23,938 bases of DNA from Fidelibacterota bacterium (GTDB lineage Bacteria > Fidelibacterota > UBA2242). The DNA is taken from contig JBNGDF010000013.1 of assembly GCA_049975265.1 (NCBI GenBank), forward strand, positions 43,056 to 66,993, written 5' to 3'. Position numbers and translations under genes: made by a program. Below, piece by piece: positions 8,547 through 16,808 of this stretch. The notes under the pieces are model-generated. The model saw only the letters and a list, made by a program, of their open reading frames with translations. It was not told the DNA's origin and did not search any database. How positions within the stretch are numbered: the first letter of the stretch is position 1; each line of letters starts with the position of its first letter.

Positions 8547-9932
8547 ATGGAAGACCAAAAAACCACACCAAAGACCAATCCACTACAGGAAATTCTGGAC
8601 CCCTTTATCAATCTTATTCGGGCACCCCGGGCACTTTGGGGAATCAATCTGTCCTACCTGCTGGAAGGGCTGACCTATTTTGGTGTGCTGGGACTCCTGG
8701 CGATCTTTTTCAATCAGTACATCGGTTTGAACGATATCGAAGCCGGGCGAATGGTGGGCATTCTGACCGCCGGAATCACACTAAGCATGCTGTTTCTGGG
8801 CGGGACAGTTGACTGGATCGGCGTCCGTAAAGCGCTTCTGCTCGCTCTGAGCGCGATGCTGATTGGCAGGGCATTACTGACCATCGCTCCGGGATTCGGT
8901 AGCGGTGGTTTATGGCACTCCGCTCATCTGGTAGCGATGCTGGGAATCCTCGGCATCGTCCTGGGTTACGGCATGTACCAGCCCGCCTGTTACACTGCGG
9001 TCAAACAGTTTACGACGGAAAAAACCGCCGCCATGGGCTACGCCATGCTCTACGCCATCATGAATCTGGGCGGTTTCCTGCCCGGATTAATCTCGCCGCC
9101 CATTCGCAGGCGCTATGAAATCATCGGTGTCTATTGGGTCTTTGTCGCTCTGACCGCCGCCGGGATTCTCGTCGTCGCTCTGATTCTTTCGAAGAAGACC
9201 GTTGCAACCGCCCTCGCCAACGCCGCCAAAGACAAATCCGCCGCGGACAGGGACGCCGACGACAAACTCGCCAGTATGACCACCAGGGAAAAATTTCTGT
9301 ACTATATGAAAAATTTTCCCATTCGCGACAGTCGCTTCATGTTCTTTATTTTTATTCTGATCCCCGTGCAAACACTCTTCGCCCACAACTGGTTGACCCT
9401 GCCCCAGTATTTCAGCCGTGCTTTCACGGGGGTGGTATCGGAAAATTTTGAATTTTTTGTCAACTTCAATCCCCTGTTGATTTTTATTCTGACACCCATG
9501 GTAGCTGCACTGACAGCCGAAAGAGATACCTACAAGATGATGATTCTCGGCACTTTCGTGATGGCGGCACCGACTTTTCTCCTGGCGCTGGGACCGAGCC
9601 TTTTCACCGTATTCGGATACCTGATCATCATGACCATCGGTGAAGCCATGTGGCAGCCGCGCTTTCTGCAGTGGGTCGCCGAAATCGCCCCGAAAAACAT
9701 GACCGGCATCTATATGGGCATCGGACAGTTTCCCTGGTTCCTGACCAAAATCATTACGGCAATGTACAGCGGCTGGTTTCTGATGCACTACTGCCCAGCC
9801 GGGGTTTCACCGGTGCAAATGAATACCGAAACCATGTGGTTGATTTACGGCATTATCGCCATGGTTTCACCGGTTGCGCTCTTTCTCGCCAAACGCTGGA
9901 TGGGAAAAGGACTGGACCGCCGACAGCGCTAA
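8547..9932 (+). CDS. MFS transporter (possibly peptide/POT-like)
   Basis: About 12 hydrophobic segments, motif A-like GGTVDWIGVRKAL, YLLEGLTYFG, IGEAMWQPR, APKNMTGIYMG; GAGGA RBS. Confidence 0.85.
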   Translation: MEDQKTTPKTNPLQEILDPFINLIRAPRALWGINLSYLLEGLTYFGVLGLLAIFFNQYIGLNDIEAGRMVGILTAGITLSMLFLGGTVDWIGVRKALLLALSAMLIGRALLTIAPGFGSGGLWHSAHLVAMLGILGIVLGYGMYQPACYTAVKQFTTEKTAAMGYAMLYAIMNLGGFLPGLISPPIRRRYEIIGVYWVFVALTAAGILVVALILSKKTVATALANAAKDKSAADRDADDKLASMTTREKFLYYMKNFPIRDSRFMFFIFILIPVQTLFAHNWLTLPQYFSRAFTGVVSENFEFFVNFNPLLIFILTPMVAALTAERDTYKMMILGTFVMAAPTFLLALGPSLFTVFGYLIIMTIGEAMWQPRFLQWVAEIAPKNMTGIYMGIGQFPWFLTKIITAMYSGWFLMHYCPAGVSPVQMNTETMWLIYGIIAMVSPVALFLAKRWMGKGLDRRQR

Positions 9933-10032
9933 GCGAATCCCCGCATCCGGTGGAAGATAAAAACTCTGGTTTTTTTCCTGTCTGTTTTCATGTAAATTAT
10001 GTTGTGAAACCAATTAACGAACAGGATAAAAA

Positions 10033-10392
10033 ATGCCACCGAAAATAGTCATCGTTGACGATGATCGGCAAATTTGCGAGTTATTTTCAGAATTCTTTCA
10101 GCAGAACGGGTTTACCGTCTATACGGCATTCTCAGCCGCAGATGCTCTGAAAATCATCCGGGAACGGGACCCGGATATTGTGCTTAGCGATATCATCATG
10201 CCCGGCGAGGATGGCTTCAGCCTTTATGAAAAGGTGCAGCTATTCAATCCCGATCTGCCCTTTGTTTTTATCACCGGTTATGAACATGACAAAAAAATTC
10301 TGGCACGTCTGAAAGAGACCGGGCGAAAGTGGATCGCCAAGCCGGTGACCCTGGAAGAATTGATGAGTCTGGTGAACAGCGAACTGAAATAA
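10033..10392 (+). CDS. Stand-alone (CheY-like) response regulator receiver
   Basis: IVDDD, SDIIMPGEDG, FITGY, AKP; no output domain. Confidence 0.92.
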   Translation: MPPKIVIVDDDRQICELFSEFFQQNGFTVYTAFSAADALKIIRERDPDIVLSDIIMPGEDGFSLYEKVQLFNPDLPFVFITGYEHDKKILARLKETGRKWIAKPVTLEELMSLVNSELK

Positions 10393-10409
10393 GCCTTTCT
10401 GTCAAATAG

Positions 10410-10444
10410 ACAAAGGCTGATCGCGGTGAACGGTCAGCCTTTGT
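10410..10444. terminator. Bidirectional intrinsic terminator-like hairpin
   Basis: ACAAAGGCTGATCG, 7-nt loop, CGGTCAGCCTTTGT between convergent genes. Confidence 0.75.
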
Positions 10445-10465
10445 GATTTATTATGCAAAAGAGCC

Positions 10466-11278
10466 CTATATTTCCATCGTTCCCTTCATATAAAACAGGT
10501 CCAGCGCCATGATCATTGCTCCGGTGTGTTTATCCAGATCGCCCATAATGTCTTCGATACCCTGCACGATTTCGGTCACATCCTTCTCCGGCACGACCGT
10601 CATAATTGTCTTGCTGACATCCGACCGCTCACCCAGAAAATTGAGAAAATCACTGAACAACGGAATGTTGGACAGCTGGTCTTTGATGCCACGGGACTCC
10701 AGAATATTAACTCCCCGTATACCTCTTTCCAGAAAGAGCTCCAGAATCGCATCCAGAAAGCGTTTTTCATAAAGAATCAGAACCAGCAACTTACTTTTCT
10801 CATCCTTATGTTTCATTGGTGAGGTGATCACATATCGTAAAAATGCCTCCTTCAGGGCAAGGGGTGAACGCGCTTTGCTCATCTCGCGCCGGGCGTTGGG
10901 ATTTCTGGATATCCGGGACACCTGCGCCAGAATCTGCAGATGCCGCTCCGGTCGCTTATCGGGACCAATGATTACGAAGAAAAACTGAGACCTTCTCCCG
11001 TCCACACTGTCAAAGGGCACACCCTTGCGGGAACAGGCGATAGCGATATGAAAATCCCGCAATCCGGGAATTGTGGCATGCGGAATGGCAATCCCCTCCT
11101 CAAAACCGGTGGAGCCCATCTCCTCCCGCTGCAATAACGCCTCATAAATCTCTTCCATACCGACTTCATAAATATCCACCGCCACAATCTCCGCCAGCTT
11201 GCGCAGAGCGGTACTCTTGTCCTTTGCCGAAAAATTCGGGACGCAGGTCTTTTCCGTCAGTATATTGAAAATATCCAT
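10466..11278 (-). CDS. PTS EIIA(Ntr/Fru-type) domain fused to a C-terminal PII-like domain
   Basis: REEMGSTG..GIAIPHA (phospho-His), GVPFDSVDG, HLQILAQVSR. The C-terminal ~105 aa have a PII-like pattern (LLVLIL..LDAILE...GIRGVNILES.G...SKTIMTVV...GAMIMALD). Confidence 0.82.
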   Translation of the reverse strand: MDIFNILTEKTCVPNFSAKDKSTALRKLAEIVAVDIYEVGMEEIYEALLQREEMGSTGFEEGIAIPHATIPGLRDFHIAIACSRKGVPFDSVDGRRSQFFFVIIGPDKRPERHLQILAQVSRISRNPNARREMSKARSPLALKEAFLRYVITSPMKHKDEKSKLLVLILYEKRFLDAILELFLERGIRGVNILESRGIKDQLSNIPLFSDFLNFLGERSDVSKTIMTVVPEKDVTEIVQGIEDIMGDLDKHTGAMIMALDLFYMKGTMEI

Positions 11279-11292
11279 CTTTGAACCCTCAT

Positions 11293-12549
11293 TTATTCAA
11301 GTTCCGACCCCCGGACAATGCCGTATTTCGTGATCAGTGGTCCGATCAACTCATTGATAAAAATACTGAACAGGACAATGTTCACGATCAGCACCATCAT
11401 CTCTCTCACGGCGGCAGGTGCCCCGGCTATTACCGGCGATGTCTGCACCAGCAGTACCAACCCGATGGCGACGCCTGCCTGGGGAAACAGACAGAAGCCG
11501 AGATAATTCCGTATATTGGCGGAGCTCCTGGTGATAAAGGCGCCAAACCAGGTGCCCAAATATTTTCCGGCGAACCGGGCTACTATATACAGAACACCGA
11601 ACAGAATGACAGTGATCTTTGTAAAAACGTACAGATGCAGCTCCGTTCCCGCCAGTACGAAAAAGAGCGCAAACAGCGGCGGAGTCAGCGGCTCAATCAC
11701 CCGAAAAATCCGCTTATTGCGGTGCGATAGATTGACCAAAACCGCTCCCATCATCATATTGCTGATCAGCAGCGACAGATTCAGCACAATGGCAATGGAA
11801 ATCGTCAGAAAAATGACCGCCACCGAAATGATCAAAATCTCATTCAGCCGATACTTTTTCCGGGTGAATTCATGCAGTAAAAATCCGCTCACAGCCCCCA
11901 ACAGACAGCTCAGCAGAATTTCCACGGCGGCATGGGTCAGACCACTCATTATCCCCAGCTCCTGAGCACTGATCTTCCCCGCCAGCGCCGGCGCCACCAG
12001 GGCAAAAATGATACTGAAAAAGAGAATACAGACGGCATCATCCAACGCCACAACACCGTAGAGATAATCAACAAATTCACCCCGGGCACGCAGCTCCCTG
12101 ACGATGACAACCGTCGCGGCAGGCGCAGTAGCCGTGGCGATGGCACCCAGAATCAGTGCATAGCTCAGCGCCATTTTCATTATATACAAACCGATTACCA
12201 CAAAAATAAAGGCGAACAGTGACTGCAAAAAGGTAATGATGATAATCGCCCGTCCGGTCTTTTTTAGCCGGGCAATCTCAAACTCCGCCCCAATCGTAAT
12301 CGCAATCATCCCCAGCGCAATTTCGGTAATGCTGGTTAGCTTATACGGCGCCGTCGCCGGAATGATACCGACCACACTCTCCCCCAGCACCAAGCCCGCC
12401 AGAATATAGCCGGTGATGGAGGGCAATTTAACCAGCTCCGCCAGGCGCCCGAAAAAGTAACCGGTGAGGAGTAATATTCCGGTACCGAAAATGACGTGAT
12501 GCCCAAAGAGATCCGTGACATTATTCAGTAGTTCAATCGCCGGTGCCAT
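11293..12549 (-). CDS. Cation:proton antiporter (CPA, Na+/H+ or K+/H+)
   Basis: LPSITGYILAGLVLG, ATATAPAAT, VVALDDA, FFVLAG, ARFAGKYLG, PQAGVAIGL, ELIGP. Confidence 0.9.
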   Translation of the reverse strand: MAPAIELLNNVTDLFGHHVIFGTGILLLTGYFFGRLAELVKLPSITGYILAGLVLGESVVGIIPATAPYKLTSITEIALGMIAITIGAEFEIARLKKTGRAIIIITFLQSLFAFIFVVIGLYIMKMALSYALILGAIATATAPAATVVIVRELRARGEFVDYLYGVVALDDAVCILFFSIIFALVAPALAGKISAQELGIMSGLTHAAVEILLSCLLGAVSGFLLHEFTRKKYRLNEILIISVAVIFLTISIAIVLNLSLLISNMMMGAVLVNLSHRNKRIFRVIEPLTPPLFALFFVLAGTELHLYVFTKITVILFGVLYIVARFAGKYLGTWFGAFITRSSANIRNYLGFCLFPQAGVAIGLVLLVQTSPVIAGAPAAVREMMVLIVNIVLFSIFINELIGPLITKYGIVRGSELE

Positions 12550-12589
12550 ACTTCAATGTCCGATTTTTTCCGTAAATTTCATCATTCCA

Positions 12590-12637
12590 TTGCCATTTAG
12601 CATGGGGTATATTACACTTAAGCAAAGTGAAAATCAA
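12590..12637. promoter_or_regulatory. Overlapping opposed sigma70-type promoters for yjbQ (+) and the antiporter operon (-)
   Basis: Plus strand TTGCCA(12590)-17-TACACT(12613); minus strand TTGATT(12637)-17-TAATAT(12614). Confidence 0.4.
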
Positions 12638-12683
12638 AGTATTTCATGTTCTTTTTAATCAAAATCACAATCGGGAGTAACCT

Positions 12684-13100
12684 ATGGTTTATGGACAAAA
12701 GATAACCCTGTCGACGCAGGGATTTTCAGACATCCAGGACATTACACAGAGTGTACAACAGGTTGTTGCGGTCTCGCAATGTCAGGCGGGCATCGTCACA
12801 ATCAGCGCCATCGGTTCAACCGCCAGCGTCACCACCATCGAGTTTGAGCCGGCGCTGGTGCAGGACATGCAGGAGCAGCTGGAGAAATTCGCTTCGCGAC
12901 ACATGCATTCCCGCCACTCCCAAACCTGGGGTGATGACAACGGCTTTTCACATCTCCGGGCAAGTTTCATGGGACCGGGGATAACGATTCCTTTTTCCAA
13001 CGGTAAACTGGTCCTGGGCACCTGGCAGCAGATCGTGGTCGTTGATCACGACAACCGCCCGCGGCAACGACAGGTGTATGTTCAGATAGTCGGTGAATGA
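12684..13100 (+). CDS. yjbQ: YjbQ/UPF0047 secondary thiamine-phosphate synthase family protein
   Basis: DIT, GSTASVTTIE.EP, DNGFSHLRAS, LGTWQQI...D.RPR.R, GE end; GGGAG RBS. Confidence 0.9.
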   Translation: MVYGQKITLSTQGFSDIQDITQSVQQVVAVSQCQAGIVTISAIGSTASVTTIEFEPALVQDMQEQLEKFASRHMHSRHSQTWGDDNGFSHLRASFMGPGITIPFSNGKLVLGTWQQIVVVDHDNRPRQRQVYVQIVGE

Positions 13101-13183
13101 CCAGTATCATTTACTTCTGAGACAGTTGAGATTTCTTCTCGTTCCGGACGTCCTTGTCCGGAAAAGTTGTACCCGCTCTACTA

Positions 13184-13266
13184 CTCGTCACGATGCTCCA
13201 ATGTCGTGACGCATCCTGCGCTCAGGTTCATCTTGCAGACTTACAGCACGGGAGCGCTGTAACCGG
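13184..13266. repeat. Inverted pair of REP-like palindromes
   Basis: CTC-GTCACGA-tgctccaatg-TCGTGAC-GC (13184-13212) and TTACAGC-acgggagc-GCTGTAA (13241-13262). The loops are GCTCC and GGAGC, in opposite orientation. Confidence 0.6.
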
Positions 13267-13273
13267 CGGGGTA

Positions 13274-13399
13274 TCTGATCTTTCATTTTCCCGTTCTGTT
13301 CAGCCATTCTGCGTATCTGATATATCATTTTTCCCACCTGTTCAGCCATTTTGCACACCTGATATACCATTTTCCCATCCTGATCAGACATTTTTTCTC
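13274..13399. repeat. Degenerate tandem repeat, 6 x 21 bp with a 42-bp higher-order period
   Basis: Units start at 13274, 13295, 13316, 13337, 13358 and 13379, consensus (T/C)CTG(A/T)TNNNNCATT(T/C)T. Odd units resemble CTGATNTNNCATTTTCCC; even units resemble CTGTTCAGCCATTNTG. Confidence 0.8.
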
Positions 13400-13538
13400 T
13401 CGTTCCGGGCATCCGCATCCGGAACGGGCATATTACCACAACAAGGCTCAGTGAAAATTTTGATTTTTTCCTAATCCTGCTAACTTTCCATGCAATGGTT
13501 TTTATTCTATTTTTATTCAACACTTAATGAGGAATTGT

Positions 13539-15146
13539 ATGAAGCGAATTCCATTAATTACATCTGTTCTGCTGATGTTAAGTACAGCTGCTTTTGCCTG
13601 TACCAATTTTCTTATCACGAAAGGCGCGACCACCGACGGCTCGACAATGATCACCTATGCCGCCGATTCCCATCTGCTCTATGGTGAGCTCTACTACACC
13701 CCGGCTGCCGACCACCTGCCGGGCGAAATGCTCGAGATTTACGAATGGGACACCGGCAGATATCTGGGGCAGATTCCCCAGGTTGACCATACCTATCAGG
13801 TGGTGGGCAATATGAACGAGCACCAGGTATCGATCGGCGAAACGACGTTTACCGGTCGCACCGAACTGATTGATACCACCGCGATCATGGACTATGGCAG
13901 TCTGATGTACATCGCCCTGCAGCGCGCCAAAACCGCCCGGGAAGCTATTCAGGTCATTACCGATCTGGTCGCAGAATACGGCTATTATAGCTCCGGTGAG
14001 TCCTTTTCCATCGCCGACCCCAATGAAGTGTGGATTATGGAGATGGTCGGTAAGGGACCCGGCAGAACCGGCGCCGTCTGGGTCGCCCGCCGGATTCCCG
14101 ACGGCTACATCAGCGCCCACGCCAATCAAGCCCGCATCCGCAGGTTCCCGCTGAAGGACCCCGAGAACTGCCTCTACGAAAAAGAGGTCATCAGTCTCGC
14201 CCGGGAAAAGGGCTGGTTCGACGGCAAGGACAGGGACTTCAGCTTCGCCGATACTTATGCACCCCTCGACTACAGCGCGCTGCGCTTTTGCGAAGCCCGC
14301 GTCTGGAGCATGTTCCGCCGGGCGGCGCCGTCGCAAAATATTTCTATGGATTATGTCAAAGGAATCAAAGGCACCAAGCCGCTGCCGCTCTGGATCAAGC
14401 CCGATCAAAAACTGTCTCACCGGGACGTCATGGAACTGATGCGCGACCACTTCGAGGATTCCGAATTTGATATGCGTAACGACATCGGCGCCGGACCCTA
14501 CCAGCTGCCCTATCGCTGGCGGCCACTGACCTGGGAAGTCAATGGCGTCAAGTACTGCAATGAACGGGCGACCTCAACCCAGCAGACCGGTTTCTCTTTT
14601 GTGGCTCAGGCGCGTGCCTGGCTGCCGGACCCCGTCGGCGGAATCCTCTGGTTCAGCGTAGATGACAGCTACAGCACCGTCTATGTACCCATGTACTGCG
14701 GCATCTCCAAAGTTCCGCACAGCTATGCGGTGGGAACCGGCGATTTTCACCATTTCAGCTGGGAATCGGCGTTCTGGGTTTTCAATTTCGTCTCCAATTA
14801 CTGTTACCAGCGTTACAGCGAGATGATCGTAGATGTTCAGAAATTGCAGCGGCAGCTGGAAGGTCAATTCGCCGCCGATCAGCCTGCAATTGACGCCGCC
14901 GCATCGAAACTGTACGAGCAGTCGCCGCAACTGGCAGTGGACTACCTGACCGATTACAGTGTCCGGGTCGGCAATGCCACGGTACAACGCTGGAAAAAAT
15001 TGGGTGAGGATTTAATCGTGAAATATCTGGACGGCAATCTAAAGGACGAACTGGGCAATGTCCAACATCCCGGCTATCCGGAATCCTGGTACCGTCGCAT
15101 TGTTGACGACACCGGCGATCACTTCAGGATGAAAACAGTGGAATAA
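13539..15146 (+). CDS. C69 family dipeptidase (Ntn-hydrolase), secreted
   Basis: Start is likely ATG 13539 after GAGGA. Signal peptide ends AFA, then CTNFLITKGATTDGS (N-terminal nucleophile Cys); MNEHQVSIGETT, ALQRAKTAREAI, GESFSIAD, HANQARI. Confidence 0.93.
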   Translation: MKRIPLITSVLLMLSTAAFACTNFLITKGATTDGSTMITYAADSHLLYGELYYTPAADHLPGEMLEIYEWDTGRYLGQIPQVDHTYQVVGNMNEHQVSIGETTFTGRTELIDTTAIMDYGSLMYIALQRAKTAREAIQVITDLVAEYGYYSSGESFSIADPNEVWIMEMVGKGPGRTGAVWVARRIPDGYISAHANQARIRRFPLKDPENCLYEKEVISLAREKGWFDGKDRDFSFADTYAPLDYSALRFCEARVWSMFRRAAPSQNISMDYVKGIKGTKPLPLWIKPDQKLSHRDVMELMRDHFEDSEFDMRNDIGAGPYQLPYRWRPLTWEVNGVKYCNERATSTQQTGFSFVAQARAWLPDPVGGILWFSVDDSYSTVYVPMYCGISKVPHSYAVGTGDFHHFSWESAFWVFNFVSNYCYQRYSEMIVDVQKLQRQLEGQFAADQPAIDAAASKLYEQSPQLAVDYLTDYSVRVGNATVQRWKKLGEDLIVKYLDGNLKDELGNVQHPGYPESWYRRIVDDTGDHFRMKTVE

Positions 15147-15157
15147 CAGAGCAATAA

Positions 15158-15222
15158 TCTCATTTTCCTGGTTCCAAAATTGGATGCCATAGTCAAACCT
15201 GGGAATGAGAGAAGCGTCTCTC
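15158..15222. terminator. Inverted repeats between convergent genes (REP-like and/or terminator)
   Basis: TCTCATTTTCCTGGTT (15158-15173) pairs imperfectly with AACCTGGGAATGAGA (15196-15210); small hairpin GAGAGA-agcg-TCTCTC followed by a T-run. Confidence 0.5.
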
Positions 15223-15887
15223 TATTTTTTGAGCATATTATAAATTGTCTGCTCTAAAAACCGAAATCGGTTTTCGATATGGTATTGTCGTTTTTCCTTT
15301 TCCAGAACGGAACCCAGTTTGGATGTATAGTCTGTTTTCCGAAAATGTTGAATAATATCTAAAATCTCTTTCAATACTTTTTCATCATCAGGCAAGGCAA
15401 CTGCTTTTCTGGCAAGAAATTCAAGGTCGTAGGCGTCGCGGATTTCCTTTCGGTCAAGCAATGCTTCGGCTTTCATCTCCGCCATAAGAGGCAGGGCGAT
15501 TGCATTGACCATGACCTGTATCGTGCTGAATGGCGACCAGGCGATCTCCTTTTTCATGTTTTCAATGTACCTGGTTTTGTTTATCTCAATCTTCAGTTTA
15601 CGGGGATAGTGATTTGACTGAATTTCCACCAGAAACGTACGGTGTTTATCAGCCTGATCGGTCAGGGTAAATTTTTTCGACAGGTTTTCAATGATTTTAT
15701 CAAACAGCCCGGACATTTCGCCGGGTTTATATAAAAAGAAATCCAGATCAGCGGAATACCGGTCAAGACCGTGACATAGGCGTAGCATTGTCCCGCCGCC
15801 AAAGATCAGGCTCGGCAGTACCCGGCTGGAGTTCAGCAGCTCCAGGACTTCCATTTCGAACTGCTCATGCTTGTGAAAGATATTCAT
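15222..15887 (-). CDS. AbiEii/AbiGii family nucleotidyltransferase toxin (type IV TA)
   Basis: FGGGTML...GLDRYSADLDF, LKIEIN, K..ALLDR..IRDAYDL. Start is likely ATG 15887 after GGAG, overlapping the antitoxin gene. Confidence 0.88.
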   Translation of the reverse strand: MNIFHKHEQFEMEVLELLNSSRVLPSLIFGGGTMLRLCHGLDRYSADLDFFLYKPGEMSGLFDKIIENLSKKFTLTDQADKHRTFLVEIQSNHYPRKLKIEINKTRYIENMKKEIAWSPFSTIQVMVNAIALPLMAEMKAEALLDRKEIRDAYDLEFLARKAVALPDDEKVLKEILDIIQHFRKTDYTSKLGSVLEKEKRQYHIENRFRFLEQTIYNMLKK

Positions 15888-16455
15888 ACCTTCTCCACCA
15901 TTGCTTAGTCTTTTGCGGGAAAAGATCCAGCCAGGTCCCAAGCTTCTTCCGGTCCATGCGTTTCCACTCTACCGCTGAAAAATCAAATGAATAACGGTTT
16001 AATGATACCAGGTAAATAATATCCGCCATTGCTTTTTCAGGCTCGGCGATAAATAGTCCATTCTTCAGTGTAAAGCCTTTGTAATAATCGGATTTTATCA
16101 GGTGGAAAGAGAAGACCGAAGATCCAAGCATGTATTCAATGCTTCTTTTTTGGGCTATTGATTCAATCCTGCTCCGATACATCTGAGTGGAGAGCTCATA
16201 GTAATCAACTGCGCTCGATAAAGAAATATAGGATGGCACCTGGATTCGATTGGCGATTCGCAGGCGGTCTTCCATGCCAAGGTATTGCCACCTTTCTTTA
16301 ATGATATAAAGATTGTTCCGGATTCGTAAAATTTTACCGGATTTATAGTAACGACTGCACAGGACCCGTGCCGAACTTTGATTAATACCCAGCTTGCGGG
16401 CAAGCTCGTCCACCGTGAAAACAATATCGGGCAACATGTCAGAGTCAATTTTCAT
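15865..16455 (-). CDS. AbiEi-type antitoxin / wHTH transcriptional regulator (type IV TA)
   Basis: N-terminal wHTH (FTVDELARKLG...G.ILRIRNNLY), PSYISL.SA..YY, AEPEKAMAD; directly upstream of AbiEii. Confidence 0.88.
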   Translation of the reverse strand: MKIDSDMLPDIVFTVDELARKLGINQSSARVLCSRYYKSGKILRIRNNLYIIKERWQYLGMEDRLRIANRIQVPSYISLSSAVDYYELSTQMYRSRIESIAQKRSIEYMLGSSVFSFHLIKSDYYKGFTLKNGLFIAEPEKAMADIIYLVSLNRYSFDFSAVEWKRMDRKKLGTWLDLFPQKTKQWWRRYEYLSQA

Positions 16456-16461
16456 GTTCTA

Positions 16462-16492
16462 AATATACATAATTAACAATTGTATTAACAAT
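16462..16492 (-). promoter_or_regulatory. abiE promoter with overlapping repeated motif (putative operator)
   Basis: Minus strand TTGTTA-18-TATATT ending 6 nt before the ATG; ATTAACAAT occurs twice (16472-16480, 16484-16492). Confidence 0.5.
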
Positions 16493-16613
16493 ATATTTTT
16501 GGGGAATAGCCCCAATACAATGCGTTATGATATTTTTAAGACATCAATAAGTATCCGGTCTTCGTCCGGCTCACGCAGTGATTTCGCCGGGCAAGCCAGA
16601 AGAAAGAAGACAG

Positions 16614-16754
16614 GAGTAAGGAGTAAGTAGTCATGAGTAATGAGCATCGATTCAAATTACTAATCACGATTCATGAGTTACGATTTCTCACTCGTTACCA
16701 GGTTGTACTTGGGGATGACGGCTATCGGTTCCTAAATACAATTGACAACTAGAG
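16614..16754. repeat. 7-bp-period degenerate repeats followed by a decayed REP-like palindrome pair
   Basis: GAGTAAG GAGTAAG TAGTCAT GAGTAAT GAGCATC ... TAATCAC GATTCAT GAGTTAC GATTTCT, then CTCGTTACCAGG-TTGTA-CTTGGGGATG (16691) and TTCCTAAA-TACAA-TTGACAACTAGAG. Confidence 0.5.
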
Positions 16755-16808
16755 TCGTGAGAATCAAGCCTTCAGACTTATAAATCGAGTACTCAATTTA
16801 CTCTCTTC

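Noticed and set aside
8323..8583. 87-aa N-terminal extension of the second SDR
   Set aside because: Overlaps the divergent MFS start and promoter region; the Rossmann motif and RBS point to ATG 8322.
9087..9788. 233-aa antisense ORF within the MFS gene
   Set aside because: Shadow ORF from codon bias of a GC-rich gene; no motifs.
10033..10392. Stand-alone receiver as the buffer (DtcB-like) component of the kinase cassette
   Set aside because: It lies over 9 kb away, is a canonical CheY-like sequence with host-like composition, and shows no linkage.
13098..13100. Other TGA stops (yjbQ, fni, second SDR, TPR protein) as further Sec sites
   Set aside because: Each falls at a plausible natural C-terminus with no Cys-type motif context, and I saw no convincing downstream SECIS.
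13154..13474. 106-aa plus-strand ORF over the tandem repeat; CRISPR interpretation of the repeat
   Set aside because: TTG start without a clear RBS and it runs through palindromes; the units are contiguous and degenerate with no spacers, and there are no cas genes.
13578..14450. 290-aa antisense ORF in the dipeptidase gene
   Set aside because: Antisense shadow of a well-supported CDS.
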